Of a DNA stretch of 31,589 nt, positions 26,504 through 31,589 are shown piece after piece. Source of the stretch: an uncultured Coxiellaceae bacterium (lineage in GTDB: Bacteria; Pseudomonadota; Gammaproteobacteria; Coxiellales; Coxiellaceae). The notes beneath the pieces were generated by a model. The model was not told the origin of the DNA. It ran no database searches and saw nothing but the letters and a program-made list of their open reading frames with translations. Numbering within the stretch: the stretch's first letter is position 1; the number at the start of each line of letters is the position of its first letter. Location: the NCBI GenBank assembly GCA_964465995.1, contig CAYXLV010000001.1, positions 1-31,589 of the forward strand. The letters are read 5' to 3'. The translations under genes were made by a program, and so were the position numbers.

Positions 26504-27085
26504 ATGCGACGACTCAGTTTAACCGGCTTAATGCTGATACTTTTAATCGCCTTAAATATCCTTAGCTACGCTTCCAACAACAAACAACACCAACAAATAC
26601 TCCAACTATCCAAACAAGTCCTAACCGCCCTAAAAACCCAAAACATACAAAAGCTAGCCAGCTACGTGCACCCAACAAAAGGTGTGCGTTTTACTTTTAA
26701 GACTACGATTAGCCACCAAGACCAACAATTCCAACGCGCACAACTGATTAAAGCCTATAAAAGTCAAAAAAAACTCCTATGGGGTTATCAAGACGGCACC
26801 GGCAAGCCGATAAAATATACTTTCAAACAATACTTATCTAAGGTTGTTTATCATCACGACTATTTGCACGCACCAAAAATTGGCTACAACCAAATCCTGC
26901 ATCGCTCAAACAACATCGATAACAGCAAACAATACTATCCACGCGCCATTATGGTGCAATATTATTTCCCGGGATTTAAAAAACAATATGGTGGATTAGA
27001 TTGGTCAGGGCTACGTTTATTCTTCACGCAATATAAAAATCACTGGTACCTAGTGGGCGTGGTCAACGATCGGTGGGCTATTTAA
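26504..27085 (+). CDS. Secreted conserved hypothetical protein
   Basis: Signal peptide; 'VHPTKGVRF', 'WGYQDGTG', 'YYFPG...GLDWSGLRLFF...WYLVGVVNDRW' looks like a conserved uncharacterised family. ATG 26504 with AAGGA SD. Confidence 0.75.
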   Translation: MRRLSLTGLMLILLIALNILSYASNNKQHQQILQLSKQVLTALKTQNIQKLASYVHPTKGVRFTFKTTISHQDQQFQRAQLIKAYKSQKKLLWGYQDGTGKPIKYTFKQYLSKVVYHHDYLHAPKIGYNQILHRSNNIDNSKQYYPRAIMVQYYFPGFKKQYGGLDWSGLRLFFTQYKNHWYLVGVVNDRWAI

Positions 27086-28077
27086 TGACAATGATTTGGA
27101 TCTTTGCCATTGGCAAAATACTACTAGGCGTTGCGCTACTAGCTTGGGGCGCAGATCGATTTATCACCGCTTGCGTATCGCTGGCGAAAAATTTTGGGAT
27201 GCCGCCATTATTAATTGGCATGTTAATGGTCGGTTTTGCAACCTCATTTCCAGAAATTGTGGTCGCCGCCATTGCCGCATGGCATGGCACGCCAGGGCTT
27301 GCCATTGGTAATGCTATTGGTTCCAATATTGCGAATGTTGGTTTGGTGGTTGGTGCAACCGCTTTAGTTAGCCCGCTGGTTTTGCATTCCAGTTTAGTCA
27401 AACGTGAATTTCCAATCCAAATTATCATAGCGATACTAGTCGGCTTATTACTGTTAAACGGCTACTTAACCCGAATCGATGGCTTATTATTAATCGCCAT
27501 TTTAATTTTGCACATGGCTTATTGGGTTTTGTTTATCATGCCCAATAAAAAAGCCATAGCTGATGATGATATCGTTAAAGAAATTGAAGCAGAAATGCCT
27601 AAAAAAACCATGCCGACAGGTGTCGCATTGACCTGGTGGTTAATCGGTTTAGTGCTTTTGTTTGTAAGCTCAGAATTATTGGTTGGTGGTGCGTCCTCAA
27701 TTGCAAAGTTAATGGGAGTCAGTGATTTAGTGATTGGCTTAACCATTGTCGCTGTTGGTACGTCCTTACCAGAGCTGGCCGCATCAGTGGTGAGTGCATT
27801 ACGCAATGAGCCGGATATCGCGCTGGGGAATATTGTCGGTTCTAATATTTTTAATTTATTAGCGGTCTTAGCGATGCCAGCACTGATTGCACCTTCACGC
27901 TTAGCACCAATTTTTTTACAGCGCGATTATCCCATTATGATTGGTTTTATGTTGCTGTTATGGTTATTTGCTTTTATTCGACCAGGAAAAGGCAAAATAG
28001 GACGTGGCAAAAGCGCGATATTTTTAGGTTGTTATATGGGTTATATTTTATTGTTAGTATTCACTGCCAAACTTTAA
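27085..28077 (+). CDS. yrbG: Ca2+/cation antiporter (YrbG, CaCA family)
   Basis: Alpha-repeats 'FATSFPE' and 'GTSLPELAAS'; 'GNAIGSNIAN' and 'GNIVGSNIFN'. ATG 27085 via TAATG coupling (ORF track start 27073). Confidence 0.9.
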   Translation: MTMIWIFAIGKILLGVALLAWGADRFITACVSLAKNFGMPPLLIGMLMVGFATSFPEIVVAAIAAWHGTPGLAIGNAIGSNIANVGLVVGATALVSPLVLHSSLVKREFPIQIIIAILVGLLLLNGYLTRIDGLLLIAILILHMAYWVLFIMPNKKAIADDDIVKEIEAEMPKKTMPTGVALTWWLIGLVLLFVSSELLVGGASSIAKLMGVSDLVIGLTIVAVGTSLPELAASVVSALRNEPDIALGNIVGSNIFNLLAVLAMPALIAPSRLAPIFLQRDYPIMIGFMLLLWLFAFIRPGKGKIGRGKSAIFLGCYMGYILLLVFTAKL

Positions 28078-28089
28078 AAGTCGAACGAG

Positions 28090-29298
28090 TTAAATCCAAT
28101 ATTTAAGATACAAAACCAATCGCCCGAGCATACGTTGGTACTTGGGTCGACTGTTTTGCCAGCTTTCTAAAGAGACTTCTTTTGACTGCTTTAAATCATC
28201 GAGAAATAAATCAGCTAAATACTGCTTTGAAGAATTGTTACTTAGATTAATATCCGCTTCTAAATCGTGCAGCAAACTTCGGTGGTTTAAATTACTAGAC
28301 CCAATCAAAGACCAATTGTCTAAAATTAAGGTTTTTGCATGTAGCATGCTCGGTAAGTATTCGTAAATTCTAACTCCAGCTTTTAAAAGGCGCTGATAAA
28401 ACGTCGATGACGCCCAAGGCATCATCATCACATCGGCTTTTTTAGGCAATAAAATTCGCACATCAACCCCATTTTGAGCAGCCTCTTTTAAACGCCGTAA
28501 TAAAAAATTATCGGGTACAAAATACGCATTAGTAATCCAAATGCGATGCCGACACTTTGAAATACGTCTTAATAAATTCTTATGCAAAATACGCCGTCGA
28601 TGCCGAATATGATTGAGACGGATAATCGGATCGCGACGCACATGTCGAAACGCATCACGCAAGCGTTCTTTAATCGTGCGATGAGTCCAGGCGCAATCAA
28701 ACGCATCGCTTAAATCATTCAGCTCAATGTCCGATAAACGCACTGACACATCCCGCCAATTTGCGCCGCCATCTGAACTGGGTAGATGGTAATTACTAAT
28801 ATTAAAGCTGCCTACATAAGCGATCTTTTCATCGATAATGCAAACTTTACGATGATTGCGAAAATTAATTTTAAGCAGCAAATAAATCCACTTTAATAAA
28901 CTGGGTAATTTAACGACGGAGCGACTCCAGTTCCATAATTGCCAGGGAAAAGGATGAAACACTTTCGTTTTTGCACCGGCTTTTTCTAATGCTCTTGCCA
29001 GCGTAGTGCTCCACATCGGGCTACCAGCACCGTCCACTAACACGCGTACACTAACACCACGGCTTGCCGCTGCAGCCAACGCATCGGCGACGCGTTTACC
29101 TAAATTATCACGTCGAAAAATATAGGTTTCGATATCAATGCTGTATTTAGCCTGGTTGATATCATTGATTAATGCAGCAAAGTGTTCTTCACCGCTGGCT
29201 AGAATTAATTCGTGCGGACGTTTGCGAAACGGAATAACTACATCCGGTTCAACTAGGTTGGGTGGTGTGGTACCGCAATAACTGGGTTCGTCGGGCAT
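28090..29298 (-). CDS. Cardiolipin synthase, ClsB-like phospholipase D (no N-terminal TM)
   Basis: Two HKD motifs, 'NHRKVCIIDEKIAYVGSFNI' and 'LHAKTLILDNWSLIGSSNL'; 'NAYFVP'. Confidence 0.88.
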   Translation of the reverse strand: MPDEPSYCGTTPPNLVEPDVVIPFRKRPHELILASGEEHFAALINDINQAKYSIDIETYIFRRDNLGKRVADALAAAASRGVSVRVLVDGAGSPMWSTTLARALEKAGAKTKVFHPFPWQLWNWSRSVVKLPSLLKWIYLLLKINFRNHRKVCIIDEKIAYVGSFNISNYHLPSSDGGANWRDVSVRLSDIELNDLSDAFDCAWTHRTIKERLRDAFRHVRRDPIIRLNHIRHRRRILHKNLLRRISKCRHRIWITNAYFVPDNFLLRRLKEAAQNGVDVRILLPKKADVMMMPWASSTFYQRLLKAGVRIYEYLPSMLHAKTLILDNWSLIGSSNLNHRSLLHDLEADINLSNNSSKQYLADLFLDDLKQSKEVSLESWQNSRPKYQRMLGRLVLYLKYWI

Positions 29299-29300
29299 CC

Positions 29301-29600
29301 TTAGCTCTCATCATCGTTATCATTGTCTTCATCACAAATTTTTAATTTATTATTTTTGGCAAATTCAAGAATCGAGTTGTAAAGCGCTGGATTGGATTGT
29401 TTGAGTTTTTGATCAAGAATAACGCATTTATTGCCATCATGCGTTGAAGGTTGCAGCAGGGGTGAATAATGAATACGACGTTTACGAAAGGTAGATAATT
29501 GACCGCTCATTCGTTCTGCCCAGTCACTGGGGCGAAACTTTTCGCCGGTTTCCGTGACGCCCTCAATAATGATTTTTTTCGAGTGCTTTTTGTCATTCAT
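29301..29600 (-). CDS. DUF3579 family protein
   Basis: 'IIEGVTETGEKFRPSDWAERM...YSP...FAKNNKL'. Confidence 0.82.
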   Translation of the reverse strand: MNDKKHSKKIIIEGVTETGEKFRPSDWAERMSGQLSTFRKRRIHYSPLLQPSTHDGNKCVILDQKLKQSNPALYNSILEFAKNNKLKICDEDNDNDDES

Positions 29601-29701
29601 AACGGTATTAGTTTAGCCTTTTTGGGTTCAAAGCGGTAGAATAGCCCCACTTGAGGATCAGGACTATACCAAAAGTATAAAGATTAGACAAAGGTATTGA
29701 T

Positions 29702-30472
29702 ATGACGATTTCACCAAAGCAGCCACTCAACCGTGGTATCTATTTATTACCCAATCTCTTCACAGTCGGCGGTCTCTTTGCCGGCTTTTACGCCATCGTT
29801 TCTGCCACCCATCAACGTTTCGAAACCGCCGCCATTGCCATTTTTGTTGCCATGATTTTAGATAGCCTGGATGGTCGCATTGCCCGCCTTACCCACTCCG
29901 AGAGTGAATTTGGTGCGCAGATGGACAGCTTGTCAGACATGGTGTGCTTTGGTATCACGCCGGCCTTTGTCTTATATATGTGGTCGCTAAACGCCCTGGG
30001 GAAGCCGGGTTGGTTAGTGGCCTTTTTATATACGGTGTGTACTGCTCTCCGTTTGGCTCGTTTTAACTCTCAAGCGCAACAAACCAATAAGCGTTATTTT
30101 CAAGGCCTGCCAACGCCGGCGGCTGCTGGGTTGGTTGCTGGACTGGTTTGGGTTGCTAGCAAGTATGCCGTTCTTGGTCAGGTGATTGTCTTGCCAGTGG
30201 CGGTAGTGAGTGTGTTAGTCAGTTTATTAAAAGTCAGTACAATTCGTTATCGCAGTTTCAAAGATTTGGACTTAAAAGGAAAGGTGTCTTTTTTTACAGT
30301 GCTACTGATTGTATTAATCTTTGTACTGATTGCGATTGATCCTTCTGATGCGTTATTGGTGATCTTTGCTTTATATGTTGCTTCAGGTCCGGTGACTACT
30401 TTATTACACCTACGTCGTTGGCGTTCCAAAAAACGCATTCGTAAAACGAAGTCACATCGCGATGCTAAATAA
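29702..30472 (+). CDS. pssA: CDP-diacylglycerol--serine O-phosphatidyltransferase (CDP-alcohol type)
   Basis: 'YLLPNLFT', 'DSLDGRIARL...SEFGAQMDSLSD', 'LRLARFN', 'FQGLPTP'. Confidence 0.92.
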   Translation: MTISPKQPLNRGIYLLPNLFTVGGLFAGFYAIVSATHQRFETAAIAIFVAMILDSLDGRIARLTHSESEFGAQMDSLSDMVCFGITPAFVLYMWSLNALGKPGWLVAFLYTVCTALRLARFNSQAQQTNKRYFQGLPTPAAAGLVAGLVWVASKYAVLGQVIVLPVAVVSVLVSLLKVSTIRYRSFKDLDLKGKVSFFTVLLIVLIFVLIAIDPSDALLVIFALYVASGPVTTLLHLRRWRSKKRIRKTKSHRDAK

Positions 30473-31295
30473 CGATCTTATCCAACGCGCGGTCGCTAAT
30501 GCTCTAGCCGACGATGTGGGTTCAGGTGATATCACCGCAGCGCTAATACCCGATACAACGATGGCCAACGCTTTTATTCGTACCAATGAAAATTGTGTGC
30601 TAGCCGGTCGGCCGTGGGTCGATGCGGTCTATGCGCAACTGGATGGTGAGGTAACCATTAATTGGAAACATGCAGATGGTGAAGCACTGCAAGCTGGCAC
30701 TATTATTGCTGAGCTAACGGGGTTGGCGAGAAGTTTATTCACTGGTGAGCGTTGTGCACTAAATTGGCTGCAAACCTTATCAGGCACTGCAACTACAGTG
30801 GCGTCCTATTGCCAGCATTTACAAAACACCAACACCCAACTTTTAGATACCCGCAAAACTATCCCCGGTTTGCGTTACGCACAAAAATACGCTGTTCGTT
30901 GTGGTGGTGGCACTAATCATCGCATGGGTTTATACGATGCTTATTTAATTAAAGAAAACCACATCGCCAGTTGTGGCTCCATCACTCAAGCAGTAACAAA
31001 AGCTAGAGTATTGCAGCCAAGTTTAAAAATCGAAGTTGAAGTTGAAAACATAGCCGAGCTAGAAGAGGCTATTGCTGCAAAAGTTGATATCATCATGCTA
31101 GACAATTTCAGCCTCCCAGAAATCCAAGCAGCCGTTACGATCACCCAAAAACAAGCCAAACTTGAAGTCTCCGGTAATGTATCACTAGAACAACTAGAAA
31201 CACTTGCAGCAACAGGCGTCGATTATATTTCTGTAGGCGCGCTCACTAAACATATCAGAGCGATTGATTTGTCGATGCGAGTATGCAAATCCTAG
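30462..31295 (+). CDS. nadC: Quinolinate phosphoribosyltransferase
   Basis: 'GSGDITA', 'TGERCALN', 'LDTRKTIPGLR', 'NHRMGLYDAYLIKENH', 'IMLDNF', 'EVSGNV', 'ISVGALT'. Confidence 0.96.
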   Translation: MLNNDLIQRAVANALADDVGSGDITAALIPDTTMANAFIRTNENCVLAGRPWVDAVYAQLDGEVTINWKHADGEALQAGTIIAELTGLARSLFTGERCALNWLQTLSGTATTVASYCQHLQNTNTQLLDTRKTIPGLRYAQKYAVRCGGGTNHRMGLYDAYLIKENHIASCGSITQAVTKARVLQPSLKIEVEVENIAELEEAIAAKVDIIMLDNFSLPEIQAAVTITQKQAKLEVSGNVSLEQLETLAATGVDYISVGALTKHIRAIDLSMRVCKS

Positions 31296-31343
31296 CCCTG
31301 CGCCAGGGTAGCAGCAAGGCTAGAATATTGCAGTTATTAAAGT

Positions 31344-31589
31344 TTATTTGAATTTGTTTTTGGCTAATTTGAATGCAGACTCAAGTTGTGCCCAGGATTT
31401 TTCAACACCGGCCTTAATTTCTGCCCAAGCTTCTTCAGAGGCGTTTTCGAGCGATTGATACTCTTTTTGTAAATTGGCCTTTTTTTCTTCAAGATCTTCA
31501 ACCACTTTAGCTACTTCAAGTTTTTGGTCTGCATATTCCTTACTTAAATCATTTTTGAGTTGGTTTATTTGTAGTTGCATGTCTTCAAT
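31344..31589 (-). CDS. Coiled-coil hypothetical protein, probably 5'-truncated by the window edge
   Basis: Frame stays open from 31580 to the window end; 'SEEAWAEIKAGVEKSWAQLESAF' resembles sll1863-type small coiled-coil proteins. Confidence 0.6.
   Translation of the reverse strand: MEDMQLQINQLKNDLSKEYADQKLEVAKVVEDLEEKKANLQKEYQSLENASEEAWAEIKAGVEKSWAQLESAFKLAKNKFK

Noticed and set aside
2101-30438. Remaining short (60-132 aa) ORFs in the track that overlap larger genes
   Set aside because: Antisense or off-frame to well-supported CDSs, with no recognisable motifs.
28090-30472. Divergent clsB-like/pssA phospholipid cluster as a novel system
   Set aside because: Both are ordinary enzymes; CDP-alcohol-type PssA is normal outside enterobacteria.
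31292-31323. Hairpin after nadC (CCCTG-CGC-CAGGG inside CTAGCC/GGCTAG)
   Set aside because: Weak, interrupted stem with no U-tract; not called as a terminator.

Overview
Mostly core chromosome of a gammaproteobacterium; the gene order ydgA-like/argS/two-component pair/tsaC/topA/smg/dprA/fmt recalls Coxiellaceae/Legionellales (from memory of Coxiella synteny, not verified). Left half: YdgA/DUF945-like protein with a Pro-rich 39-bp tandem-repeat tail, argS, a solitary AAA_14-DUF4143 ATPase, an OmpR/EnvZ-type pair, an L,D-transpeptidase, tsaC-topA-smg-dprA, and fmt coupled to an aromatic amino-acid permease. Middle: an AMIN plus outer-membrane beta-barrel fusion, an HTH-Fic protein, and a cytochrome c oxidase assembly cluster (surf1, cox15, sco, tlpA) divergent from DUF2909-tatABC-petABC. 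A 58-aa tatB was missed by the ORF track. Right: a secreted hypothetical protein, a Ca2+/cation antiporter, clsB-like, DUF3579, pssA, nadC. No rRNA, tRNA, CRISPR array, integrase or transposase was seen. Best leads: (1) a 208-bp element present twice, with a 30-bp inverted repeat, compensatory base changes, a 19-nt variable loop core and an equal-length 30-codon hydrophobic ORF in both copies; (2) helically phased repeat arrays (33-bp and 42-bp periods) directly upstream of the two accessory genes, AAA-DUF4143 and Fic; (3) the AMIN-barrel fusion; (4) a cytochrome b with a remodelled Qo site (PPWY; F129A and G143A equivalents). All calls come from motif recognition by eye, with no database searches.
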